From positions 1 to 43,935 of the IMG/VR virus record IMGVR_UViG_3300032253_000248: 43,935 bases of DNA. One strand, 5' to 3'. The notes under the pieces were generated by a model, which was given only the letters and a program-made list of their open reading frames with translations, was not told where the DNA came from and did not search any database. This document shows, in pieces, positions 1 through 10,100 of this stretch (its first letter is position 1; every line of letters begins with the position of its first letter). A program made the translations under genes and the position numbers. This DNA comes from a virus. Lineage: Duplodnaviria; Caudoviricetes.

Positions 1-79
1 CTAGCCAAATTTTTCTAATTTAACAAGCCTTACATCATGGATAATTTAAAAAACAGAATATTAAGCTACTGAGAAATAA

Positions 80-394
80 ATGTTACGATTTATTCTAATT
101 TTATTTATAACAACATTTATACATGCCGAGAACAATTTAAAATATGATACTAGTTACTGTTCAGACCCTGAGCAACATGAAACATGGGGACGTTTATTAA
201 ATGGTAATGAACACTCACATCACATTCAAGCACTTCATGCGCTTTGGATTGGTCTTTGTATTAAAGTAGAAGGTAAGCAAATTACTACTAACTTATCTAA
301 TGAGATATTTGAGATGATGAGAGAGAATGTTATTGCCATTGAGCATACGGAAAATGATAGACAACGTAGGTTAGATTATAACGATAGCTTTTAG
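80..394 (+). CDS. Secreted hypothetical protein (moron-like)
   Basis: N-terminal signal peptide (MLRFILILFITTFIHA), two Cys, convergent with the lysis cassette. Confidence 0.7.
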   Translation: MLRFILILFITTFIHAENNLKYDTSYCSDPEQHETWGRLLNGNEHSHHIQALHALWIGLCIKVEGKQITTNLSNEIFEMMRENVIAIEHTENDRQRRLDYNDSF

Positions 395-538
395 CTGATT
401 AGCTATCAATTAACCAAGCATTACCAATTGGTTCACTAGCACTACCGATATTACTAATAAGTCAAAAGTTTCATCCTTGTAAATGCTTAACTTTTGGCTC
501 TTTCATTACTTCCCCTTTAAGTAATCACATCCCTTTAT

Positions 539-563
539 AAGCTCAAGCAACTTGCCTGAGCTT
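539..563. terminator. Probable intrinsic terminator between the moron and the endolysin
   Basis: AAGCTCAAGCAA-C-TTGCCTGAGCTT imperfect hairpin between convergent genes. Confidence 0.55.
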
Positions 564-639
564 TGTTTAATTGACTCTCATAGCTTTTAAACAACCTTCT
601 TAAGATTATGCAATTATAAAGGTCTACCACTGAACAGAA

Positions 640-1107
640 TTAAGAATTATTGTTTTTATTTAAATCCAAAATCCTACTAGATAACTCTCTAGCTCTATTT
701 GAAGTTTGCTCTCTTGCCCATATGGAATCTAACATTTCAGCCGAAGCCATTTCATAATATTCGTGCTTTAGATGGTGCAAAGTATTATGAAACTTTAAAA
801 GTCCATAAACACCCATTTGATAAGCCATTTCGCATAATACATCTTGTACTTCTATTGGTGCAGTTGTAAAAAAGTCTATTTTTTTACTCAACACTTTTTT
901 AATACGCTCTATTTTTAAAACTATGAGTGTTTCACTACCCTTTTTACTAATGTATGTGTGACCATGCCCAAATGTAACTTTCAGGTCATCCCAGTTTTTT
1001 ACAATTATTGCATATTCATCAGCTGGTATTTTTTCAATTGCTAAAGGGTCAATATATGGCTTAGCCTCAAACCCCTCATTCATTTTTACTGAATCAATTA
1101 TATTCAT
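640..1107 (-). CDS. Endolysin, T4-lysozyme-like (GH24)
   Basis: E11-x8-D20, TFGHGH, MAYQMGVYGLLKF and DSIWAREQTSNRA parallel T4 lysozyme motifs. Confidence 0.88.
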   Translation of the reverse strand: MNIIDSVKMNEGFEAKPYIDPLAIEKIPADEYAIIVKNWDDLKVTFGHGHTYISKKGSETLIVLKIERIKKVLSKKIDFFTTAPIEVQDVLCEMAYQMGVYGLLKFHNTLHHLKHEYYEMASAEMLDSIWAREQTSNRARELSSRILDLNKNNNS

Positions 1108-1376
1108 AAAATAGCCTTTTCAATAATTTTATAAGCTAAAGTTACAGAACCAGCAAAAATAATTGTTGCAAAAGAACCTATTAGTGCGAATTTAACACCA
1201 AGAATAAGACCTTTTTTTTCAACAATAGTTAACCTGTCTTCTAAATCTTCAATTCTTTCAAATGCACGTTTTAAAGTTTTATTGATATTTCTATTCTCAA
1301 TCTCAACAAAAGACTTAATAACTGCAATATCCTCTTTTAACCCATATAATAATTGGTCTCTTGCATCATCAGTCAT
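1104..1376 (-). CDS. Coiled-coil protein with C-terminal TM (holin/lysis-associated); start likely ATG 1376
   Basis: Heptad region then hydrophobic GVKFALIGSFATIIFAGSVTLAY; directly upstream of the endolysin. Confidence 0.55.
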   Translation of the reverse strand: MTDDARDQLLYGLKEDIAVIKSFVEIENRNINKTLKRAFERIEDLEDRLTIVEKKGLILGVKFALIGSFATIIFAGSVTLAYKIIEKAIL

Positions 1377-1560
1377 AATTTGAACTTTCAAAAGTTGCGT
1401 TATCTTCATTAGAGATAAAAGAACCATTATCAGAGGTAAAGTATGTTTTTCTAAGTACCTCTAAATCACCACTTGTATTTGTAACAACTATAGTTTTACT
1501 ATAATAACCACACCCACTAAAGATTATAGCAATCAAGCTAGTCAAAATTATTTTGTACAT
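1369..1560 (-). CDS. Small lipoprotein (possible spanin component)
   Basis: Signal peptide II with lipobox FSGC; within the lysis cassette. Confidence 0.65.
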   Translation of the reverse strand: MYKIILTSLIAIIFSGCGYYSKTIVVTNTSGDLEVLRKTYFTSDNGSFISNEDNATFESSNYD

Positions 1561-1945
1561 TTTTAAACTCTCCTTTTATTGTGATATGCATTAATTCGTT
1601 TTCTGACTTGTTAGCCCAATAAGCTTTTGAGCCTTTTAAAGCTACTGCTAGAAAATATTTCAATGCTCTACTCATTCTAAAAGGCATTGTCAACCAGTTG
1701 GATTTATTAACAATAATTACGGTCAGATTCCAAAAGAACATTAAATTTGCAAACCAAAAATCACCTAGTGTAGTTCCCTCTTCAAACATCCAATCATGAA
1801 TTTGACAAGCTTTCTCAATAGATAATCCATACATAGTAGAGGGTACTTTTATTCCATCTTTAGCCCCACACCCGTTACAAATCTTTGCTCGTTCTTCTGG
1901 TGTTGCATTGGTATAAGATACTGGGATATATTTAAGCATATTCAT
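1538..1945 (-). CDS. CNGCG/HD-motif protein, phospholipase A2-like
   Basis: ICNGCG and ACQIHDWMF motifs. Confidence 0.5.
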   Translation of the reverse strand: MNMLKYIPVSYTNATPEERAKICNGCGAKDGIKVPSTMYGLSIEKACQIHDWMFEEGTTLGDFWFANLMFFWNLTVIIVNKSNWLTMPFRMSRALKYFLAVALKGSKAYWANKSENELMHITIKGEFKNVQNNFD

Positions 1946-3237
1946 TAGTCATCGCCTCTAAATTCAGTAAACATATCATTTAACTGATAAGGGCGTTCAC
2001 TTGTTGAAATACTTGTATAGCAACCGCCTTTCCATACGCTATACTGGTCGTTACAACTTGAATAATTATTCCAACCGCAACGCATATTTCGCCCCTCGTC
2101 TTGCGTAGTCCAACGTCTTTGAGAAATAAATTTTTCATTTGGCATGATGTATTGACCGTATGTATGAAGTTGGAAACTTGAAAAATTCACATCTGTATTG
2201 CTATTCGCCCAAACAATATAAGAATTAAAAGCACTTATGGTTATATACATAGGAAACTGAACCGTGTTTGTAGTGTACGCTGGCAGCACGTAAAGCCTTT
2301 GGTTTGCCGTTCCCTCATTTACTAACACCGCGTGGCTTCTGAAATATAAGTAATAAGGAGCCGTACCTTTTGTGTAGGTATAAAAACGCCCAATTTCAAA
2401 AGCACCGCTTCCGTTTGTAGGGTTGAATATAATCTCAAACGTCCATATTGCGCCCGCTGCACTATTAGTCATATTTGAGCCAAAGAAATACATCTTATCA
2501 CCAGCCTTATTGCTAACTATGTTTGTAGCTATGTTATCGTTGTATGTCGCATCATTACTTTTCAGCAGTGCAACCGCATCCCAAAGCATTTGTCCGTCAC
2601 GTAGTTGTGTGAAATAGGTATTATAATAACTCCCGTCATGTTCAGTAAAAGCTACAAACAAGTGACCGTCAACGTGACGCTCTGCTACAAAGAACTCTTG
2701 CTTTGTGCCGTTTTGGCTAATTGCCGTTGTAGTTGTTGGTGTAATTTTGTAAGATTTATTTGCTTTTAAATCAGTCATGCTAATTTCATCACTTGCGTAA
2801 ATTATATTTGCATTCATGTAAAAAACTCTAAATGTGTTATTTGTAGGGTTTATAGTAAAATCAAAGTTCCAACTATTATAAGCAATAGCACTATCAAACT
2901 CAACCGTATACCACGTTCTACCTCTATCATCTGAAACATGAATATTTCTGTATGTATTGCTTTGCGCCACAAATACAAAATCGTTTCTTTGAGGGTTCTT
3001 TGAATAAATTTGGTGTGTAGTATTTATTTCAATCGGTAAGTGTTTTATTTCTGCACCAGTGTTGCCGTTATACTTTGTTTCAGCATCATTTAGCCTACCA
3101 ACAAAAGCATCTTTTTCAACCTTTTTTGAACTCACAAACTCAGAAAGAGCTTGCGCTGTTGTAAATTTATCCGCCGCACTCATTGCGGGGTTTGCAATTG
3201 CATTAAGCAAGCCGTCTCTTGTTTCAATATATCCCAT
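1945..3237 (-). CDS. Putative receptor-binding tail protein with Asp-box beta-propeller (paralog 2)
   Basis: SDDRGRTW Asp-box, aromatic/Asn-rich beta sequence, helical N-terminus, tail position. Confidence 0.65.
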   Translation of the reverse strand: MGYIETRDGLLNAIANPAMSAADKFTTAQALSEFVSSKKVEKDAFVGRLNDAETKYNGNTGAEIKHLPIEINTTHQIYSKNPQRNDFVFVAQSNTYRNIHVSDDRGRTWYTVEFDSAIAYNSWNFDFTINPTNNTFRVFYMNANIIYASDEISMTDLKANKSYKITPTTTTAISQNGTKQEFFVAERHVDGHLFVAFTEHDGSYYNTYFTQLRDGQMLWDAVALLKSNDATYNDNIATNIVSNKAGDKMYFFGSNMTNSAAGAIWTFEIIFNPTNGSGAFEIGRFYTYTKGTAPYYLYFRSHAVLVNEGTANQRLYVLPAYTTNTVQFPMYITISAFNSYIVWANSNTDVNFSSFQLHTYGQYIMPNEKFISQRRWTTQDEGRNMRCGWNNYSSCNDQYSVWKGGCYTSISTSERPYQLNDMFTEFRGDD

Positions 3238-3246
3238 AATAGCCCC

Positions 3247-3714
3247 CTAAACCACTACCGCTTCAATTTCTGCGGTAGTTTTTGCATTTGCAATTTCTTG
3301 TTCTGTTCCCCATTTTGCCTTATAATAAGCAAGTCCAGCGGCGATAATTTCTGCTTCTATTGTTTCAAGCTGTGCTACTGTTACCTCATAAAACTCGTTA
3401 TCAGCACCACGGAAAAACTCGCTTGACATAGCGTTTATTTTCATGTGCTTAATTAAAGAGGCTACATTATCTTTTGCATCACGATTCGCATCAATATCAA
3501 AACCAACAGAAGAAGCAATAACTTGTCTAATGTCTCTGTTTTCATACTTCAAAAACATTTCACGTTCTTTGCTGGCTTTCGCAATAGCAAATTCGTGTTC
3601 TGTTTTTAACTTTAATAAATAGTTATTCCAATCAAACGCCTCAAATTCTGCTAAAGTCCACTCCGCACCCGTGTAAGGGTTGCGTGTGTAAGTTTCATAT
3701 TTAATATCTATCAT
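3247..3714 (-). CDS. DUF4376-like tail fibre assembly protein
   Basis: FDIDANRDAKDNV, FRGADNEFYEVT and EIANAKTTAEIEAV pattern. Confidence 0.7.
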   Translation of the reverse strand: MIDIKYETYTRNPYTGAEWTLAEFEAFDWNNYLLKLKTEHEFAIAKASKEREMFLKYENRDIRQVIASSVGFDIDANRDAKDNVASLIKHMKINAMSSEFFRGADNEFYEVTVAQLETIEAEIIAAGLAYYKAKWGTEQEIANAKTTAEIEAVVV

Positions 3715-3719
3715 CTTGT

Positions 3720-4997
3720 CTACCTTTCATAACTATGTAAATCAGTTATTCTATATTCGCTGTTATAGCCGCTATACGTTCTAAATCTTCCAGCGCATTG
3801 GTGCGCATGTTGGTTAACCTGCCAAGCTGCATGGTTGTAACCAATTATTTGCCAATTTAGCCCCCAATCGTTTGTGTAATACCAGTCACCGCGCATCATC
3901 TGCCCTTTTGGTAGTGGGTACCATGTGTAAGTATTAGGATCTGAATTAATGTCTATACCAGTGTTAACAAAAGCGTTAAATGTATCAGTATTAACAAGAT
4001 AAACCCTATCTAAGCCGTTGCCGTCATTTGTAGGAACAATAACAAGCTTCTCTTTATTAGCATCGTTCGCATCATTAATTAAATATAGTGAACATTGTGA
4101 ACCTAAGTAATACGGTGCCGCGTTCAAACTATCCATTCCCAAACGTGTAAAGGTAAATTCGCTTACACCATCCCAAACAAGCTTGAAAATTCCATAACGT
4201 GCGTAGTTTGCTGTTGTAGTGTTGTTCGCATCAGTTCCAAAATAGAACGCATCATTTGTACTGTTGTGTAACATTTTTGTTTTAATGCGCTCGTGGTAAT
4301 AACCCGTTGCCCCATCCCATTGGTGTGGTAAGCGTACCGTTTCAGCACCCCATGCACCACCGCTAGGCTTAGTCATTGAACAAATATCAGTAGCCGCCGC
4401 CGTTGTTTGGTTTCCGTAAACTAAAACCATATGCCCGTCTTTGTGGTATGCTACACCAAAGTAACCACCCTTAGTAGTGTTTGTTGTAATTGCTACACCA
4501 GCATTTACTTGTGGAACAAAGTTGTTATTAATCATGTCTGTGTATGAAATGAAACCGCTTTCATAAATAATGCTTGAAGTTTCCCAAAACACGTTAAATG
4601 TGCCGTCTGCCTCATTTACAATAACGTCATATTCATAGTTATCACGAGAAACATTAAGCTCCCACCAATACCAAGAGTCACCACCATTAGGGCTAAATAG
4701 ACATCTTGAAGTTCCACTTAAAGGAATTAAAAATAAAAACTGTTCATCTGTTCCGCGTGAATACAAGTTGTGTCCTGTTGCCCTAAAACCATGAGGAATA
4801 CGTTTCCCTGTAAGTCTATTTGCCTGTGTTTTTGAACTTTCCACCACTTTTAAGCGTGTGTCGTAATCCTCAACGTCAACCGCTTCCGCACTTGAAATTT
4901 CTACTAATGATTGTGAAAGTAAAAGCGTGTCCGATGCTGTTCCTGCTGCTGCAATATCAGCTATTAATTGGTCTTTTGCTGCTTGATAATTTGCCAT
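3720..4997 (-). CDS. Putative receptor-binding tail protein with Asp-box beta-propeller (paralog 1)
   Basis: SPNGGDSW and TNDWGLNW Asp-box-like motifs; colinear similarity to 1945..3237. Confidence 0.65.
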   Translation of the reverse strand: MANYQAAKDQLIADIAAAGTASDTLLLSQSLVEISSAEAVDVEDYDTRLKVVESSKTQANRLTGKRIPHGFRATGHNLYSRGTDEQFLFLIPLSGTSRCLFSPNGGDSWYWWELNVSRDNYEYDVIVNEADGTFNVFWETSSIIYESGFISYTDMINNNFVPQVNAGVAITTNTTKGGYFGVAYHKDGHMVLVYGNQTTAAATDICSMTKPSGGAWGAETVRLPHQWDGATGYYHERIKTKMLHNSTNDAFYFGTDANNTTTANYARYGIFKLVWDGVSEFTFTRLGMDSLNAAPYYLGSQCSLYLINDANDANKEKLVIVPTNDGNGLDRVYLVNTDTFNAFVNTGIDINSDPNTYTWYPLPKGQMMRGDWYYTNDWGLNWQIIGYNHAAWQVNQHAHQCAGRFRTYSGYNSEYRITDLHSYER

Positions 4998-4999
4998 TT

Positions 5000-5326
5000 T
5001 TAACTACCCCTTTTTTCTCGTCTAAAATATAATTCAATATTGTTTATCCTTGCATTCAAGGAAGCCTCTTGTGAAATTACTGCATTAATTGAAGTAGTTT
5101 GTTGCGCTGAAATTGCATCAGTAGCCGTTGTTTGTGCGCCCGTAATCGCTGTTAAAGCCGCCACTAAGTCAGCCGCATAATCAGTATCCCAATTAGTCTT
5201 ATCAAGTGTAATTACATCAATGGCAGTCTGTTTAACTATTTCTAATTCAGTAACTTTGCCATTTGCAATAGTCAATAAATCATTCGCCGCCGTAACTATT
5301 GCCGCTAACTGTTCATTTAAAGTCAT
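5000..5326 (-). CDS. Helical minor tail protein
   Basis: Ala/Thr-rich coiled coil; RBS AGGGG; tail operon. Confidence 0.55.
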   Translation of the reverse strand: MTLNEQLAAIVTAANDLLTIANGKVTELEIVKQTAIDVITLDKTNWDTDYAADLVAALTAITGAQTTATDAISAQQTTSINAVISQEASLNARINNIELYFRREKRGS

Positions 5327-5364
5327 GTTGTTTTGCCCCTTTCCTTAATGTTTAAAATTTGCAT

Positions 5365-6084
5365 CTATAAAATCTCCTTTTGTTGTAAGATTAATTGGAA
5401 ATTCAAAAAGTTATGAACTATCGCCGCAAGTGCGTGTTGATTATTTAAGCTACTAAGTGCATCTTGTACCTCCACTGTGTCTAAGTTTGTAGCATTTGAT
5501 ACTATTGTTGTAATTGCCGCTTCTGATGCCGCCGCACCATCAGCAATAAATTGAATATCTGTCTCAATTTGTGCCGCTTCTAATAATGTTGGCATAGCCG
5601 CCGCAATAACATCAATATCATTTTTAATAAGGTCTATTTGACCTTTAGTTGTTGCCGCATCACTTGCAGAAGTAGCCGCACTTGTTGCACTTGAAGTAGC
5701 ACTATTTTTTAAAGCTGTTACATCAGTTTGAATTAGAACTGCGTTATCATAAATTGTTTGTGTATCAGTTTTATTTGTATCTGTTGCATTTTTTAAAGCT
5801 GTTACATCAGTTAAGATAGTGTTCGCCAGTGGTAAGTCAGCTTGTAGTGCTGTATTAGCCACCACAAATTCTGCATATCCTGCATTGATAGTTGCAATAT
5901 TTGTATTTATCGCTGTGGTTGTCGCATTAATTGCAGTAATTAGTTGAGGGATTTCAACACCTAAAGCATCTGCAAGGTATGTAAGAAAAGTTCCAGTTGT
6001 GCTTTCAAACGCCGCTTGTGTACTTCTGTCTGGCACACTTGGTACGTTCGACAATACTACTTGTATTTCTTGAATATCTGCCAT
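5365..6084 (-). CDS. Coiled-coil tail fibre shaft/adaptor protein
   Basis: PSVPDRS N-terminal anchor-like motif, heptad repeats, SATSAATSAS segment. Confidence 0.6.
   Translation of the reverse strand: MADIQEIQVVLSNVPSVPDRSTQAAFESTTGTFLTYLADALGVEIPQLITAINATTTAINTNIATINAGYAEFVVANTALQADLPLANTILTDVTALKNATDTNKTDTQTIYDNAVLIQTDVTALKNSATSSATSAATSASDAATTKGQIDLIKNDIDVIAAAMPTLLEAAQIETDIQFIADGAAASEAAITTIVSNATNLDTVEVQDALSSLNNQHALAAIVHNFLNFQLILQQKEIL
5704..5812. repeat. Perfect 25-bp direct repeat, 84-bp period
   Basis: ATTTTTTAAAGCTGTTACATCAGTT at 5704-5728 and 5788-5812 (TDVTALKN twice). Confidence 0.9.
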
Positions 6085-7112
6085 TATATAACTCCTTTAA
6101 TTTCTAATGCACATTCGCTTGTGGAAGGGTTGTTAAGTACAGTAATGAGGTTTTCAAAGTATCCAAAGACAAGTGTGCTTTTTATACCATCGGTGCGCTC
6201 ATCACCAATAAATAGTGTTGGTTCATTGAGTGTTTCAATCAGTCTTGAGTGAACAATATCCACTGAGTCTGTATTGATTTTTACGTCTAAATCCATCTCT
6301 TTAGCCCACGCACCTTTTTTGTAGTACGTCATTCCAAAGTCTACATCAGTTTCAGTTCTTCCATAGTTAGAAATACCGTTGCGAACGCCCCATAGAGTTG
6401 CACCTATCTCTTTACTGCTACCACAAAGGATAATCCCTGCTTTGACGGTAGAAGCTGGTTTGGTAATTACTATCTCAAGTGTTGCATCTATGTATCCAGC
6501 AGGAACATAGGCAAGGAAATCTTTTTTGTATTCAGGCGTACTATGGAAGTAATCGTAAAGATTTAGAACTGAACTAACTGCCAAGCTTTCATTAATCTCT
6601 TTAATGACCTCACCAGTGCTTTTTTTGTAAGTAATTTGAATGTCCGTTGCATCTAAGTTCATAATTGCAATGGTGTCTATGTTGCTAACTGTAATAGTTG
6701 TTCTGATTGTTTCAGTCGCACACGTTTGAGTGTTAATAAACTCATCATTAAATTTATAGAGGTTTGTCGAGCCGATACGCTTCCACCATGTAGGACTTGT
6801 TGATGGTGTGTGACCTGAATTAGTATCTTGTAGTGATTTGTAAATAGCTTTATCACCAGTAACTTTTACTAAAGCACCTACTGAGAATGTCGCTGTTGTA
6901 TACTCTGTTAATACTTCAACTATCAACCAATACTTAGGGCTTTCACTTGGTATTTTTGCAAGATTAAAATTATCAGTAGATACCCAAATAGCATTATCAT
7001 ATTTGCAAAGTTGCCCTTTTCTGTATTTATTGATTGCTATGTAGTCAGCAGGGACGATTAAAGACGCCGTTACTGAATTAATTGTGTAATTATATGGTTC
7101 TACTACTCTCAT
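6084..7112 (-). CDS. Distal tail/baseplate protein with two CBM5/12-like repeats
   Basis: YRKGQLCKYDNAIW...PSESPKYW and FSVGALVK...YKS...PSTSPTWW repeats; immediately after the tape measure. Confidence 0.65.
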   Translation of the reverse strand: MRVVEPYNYTINSVTASLIVPADYIAINKYRKGQLCKYDNAIWVSTDNFNLAKIPSESPKYWLIVEVLTEYTTATFSVGALVKVTGDKAIYKSLQDTNSGHTPSTSPTWWKRIGSTNLYKFNDEFINTQTCATETIRTTITVSNIDTIAIMNLDATDIQITYKKSTGEVIKEINESLAVSSVLNLYDYFHSTPEYKKDFLAYVPAGYIDATLEIVITKPASTVKAGIILCGSSKEIGATLWGVRNGISNYGRTETDVDFGMTYYKKGAWAKEMDLDVKINTDSVDIVHSRLIETLNEPTLFIGDERTDGIKSTLVFGYFENLITVLNNPSTSECALEIKGVI

Positions 7113-10100
7113 GAAGCCGCCCTTGTAAGTATTCCCTCTCTGTCTAACTTGTCTAATAAGTTTTTCATTTTCTTAAGGGTCAGAGTGCTTTCGTATAAAA
7201 GTTGCTCACCTCTATCATCTCCCTTTCCAGTTCTTGCACTCTCAAGTTTTGCAATCTGTTTTGAATGCTTAGGGCTATTTAACATCCATGCAGGAGCGAC
7301 CCACTCTTTCCCATGAACTGCACCAGCAATTTTATTTGTTGGTACATTAGGTGTGTATCCCCCACTCTCATATCCATATTTATCTAACCAGTTGTCCACA
7401 TCTTTTTTAAAGTCTGTTCCATAAACCGCAGAAGTCTCACTCAACCTTGCCGCTAAATCAGCATTCAAATTATCTGAATTCACCCCCAATTTATACATTT
7501 CTTCATAGCTAAACTCTGCATATTTATTTGGCGTATATACTGGGTTAACTGATTTAATTTGAGTTTGAGTAACTTGCCCATTTTCAACTTTTACATCAAC
7601 AATAACTTGTGGGGATGCTACATTAACAATTGGGTTAAATTTCTTCTCATTAATCAATGAATTTAATTTCCCAAGTTCATCACTCGCTAATTTATTCAAT
7701 TTAGATTGCTCAAGCTTTAACTCTGGGAAATAGCGTTCAATTGCATCTTTAACTTTTTTATTATTATCAGCATTGTCAACACTTGTTTTTAGTTGAGCAT
7801 CTTGAGTTTCAAGAGATATAATTTGAGCATTTGCAACCGTATCAAGTGCATCAAGTTCTTGAATTGTTTTGTCAAATTGGTATGCATAATCACTTGCAGT
7901 AGTAGATTGTTTTAAGTTCTCTAAATATGAACCAGCATACTCTTGAACTCTGCCAAGCTGTAAGCCTACTTCTTTTTCATCACCAGAAGTAATTGCTGTT
8001 TTTAATGCTTTTACTGCCGTACTGTATTCAGTTTTTGCAACGTCTGAACGCTGAGAAGCATTCAAATAGCTTACACTCTCATCAATAGATAATCTTTTAG
8101 TGAAGTCATAAATACCATCAACTACGTTCGCAATATTGCTTATTAGATTAGTTTGTAGGTTTAGTGTACTTTTTTGACTATCAAGGACTGATCTATAATC
8201 GCCTAGAGCTGTTGCAATATCTCCACCATTTTTTGCACTAAGAATTACATTATTTACTGCATCATCAATTGTTAATTTTTTTCCAAATATTGCATCATAT
8301 TCTCTTTTTGCATTAGTAGCGTCACTCTGCCACTTTAAGATTGCTGTTCTCATTCCAACTGCATCTGTTGCAAAATTTTCCGTGCTACTATTTGAAAGTC
8401 CATAAGCTACATTATTAATGCTTTTAAACCTTGATGTTGTACTTGGGTTTAATGAGATTATGTCTTGTGCTATTGTTTCACTAAGCTGTTTTAGATTGGC
8501 AGTAAAAGTTTGTAATGACTTATTAGCACTATTTAAAAATTTAGTGGTGCTGTCTAAAATACTCTTACTTTCATCAAGTTCAGGGTTGTTAATTAAATTA
8601 TATTTTACTTCATTCGCAGCTTTTTTAATGCCCTCAGCACCAACTTCAAAAGCCCATGCAGAAGATTTCCCAATATCAACCCACTCTTTGCCATCAATGT
8701 AAAGCATATCAGGGTTAAGTAAAGAGTTAAAATTTTTACTTATAGTTTCTTTATATGCAAGCAACTTGTCTTGTTCAGCTTTTTGTTCAGCTTCTAATTG
8801 TTCAGCCAGTTGTGCTTTAAGTGAAGCTAATTTCCCAAGTTCATTACCGATAGCTATAATATTATTAATAATCTCAGGCGAAAAGGATTGACCGTTTATT
8901 GCTTTATCTGAAAGCTCAGTAAACGTCTCAAAATCTAAGTTATCGAGCGCAGTTTGTAGCCCATCAACTTTTGGAAGTAATGAACCATAAACTGCCACCT
9001 GATTTTCTACTTTTTTAGTTTGTGCATTTATGTCGTAAGCCAGAATATCGTCACCGTTAATCTGTGCTACTGTGCGCTTCCAATTGTCTTGTGCAGTGAT
9101 AAAGCCATTTACAGTTTCAGTTAGTGCCTCTGTAACAGTTTTACCGAAACTTTTTGCGTAGTCAGCCCAAGCATTATAAACCTTGTCAAGCTCACTATCG
9201 CCAATAGTTGCGGGGATATTGCTTAGACTTGTAAATGCTTGGATGAAAGCTTTTGGAAGTGCAGTATCAAGTAATTCAGTACCGCTATACTTACCAGCTT
9301 GTACGATTACATCTTTACCATCTCTTAAACTATCAAGCAAATATTCATACGAATAGAATAAACCATCTATTATATTTTTTTGACTACTCGTAAGGGCAGT
9401 ATCTTTTTGCCACCTTTTAGTTCCACTAAACCAGCCACCATCATTTTGCCAATCTTGATAACCAATAATTCCACTTGTATTATTTGCACTTGAAGCATTT
9501 TTTAATTCATATCCGCTTCCCATCTGTTCATCTCTACCGAATGCGCCACCAATTAATACTCCTGCCGCCAAAGCCGCCCAGCCAATAGGATTTGTTAACG
9601 CAGTAGCCGCAAGTATTCCGCCACCAATAGCTCCACCAATAGCACCACCAACATCAGCATAAGTGTTCTGGTCTAATAAAGCATCACCAATTGAACCTGC
9701 CGCGAAACCCGCAACACCACCAACAATTGCACCACCTAAAGCTTGTCCATATACTAATGCACTTCCACCTTGTTGCCCTGCTAATGCACTTAAGTCTGTA
9801 AATGGATGAAGAACACCAGCCGTAAAAGTTTCTATACCAGCCGCCGCACTTGCACTAACCAAACCAACACTTTGTAACCCGCTTGCTAAATATTCTGCAC
9901 CTGAAAGAATTGGTGCTGTTGCCGATGCATAACTTGCTGAAATACCTTCTGTCGCAAGCTTATATATATTGTATGCACCACTTGCAAAGCTTACACCATC
10001 TGATAACCCAACGCCTTGTTCTGCCACACCAATTGCATCTACCCCAGCTTTTAATGTTGGAGTTTGAGAACTTAATACCCCTTGCCCAGCAAGTCGCATA

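Noticed and set aside
1-4. CTAG at both window ends as att core or circular overlap
   Set aside because: Four bases is too short to distinguish from chance or from a gene-boundary cut
1945-4997. Invertible tail-fibre shufflon
   Set aside because: Both paralogs are full length and on the same strand; no invertase or flanking inverted repeats seen
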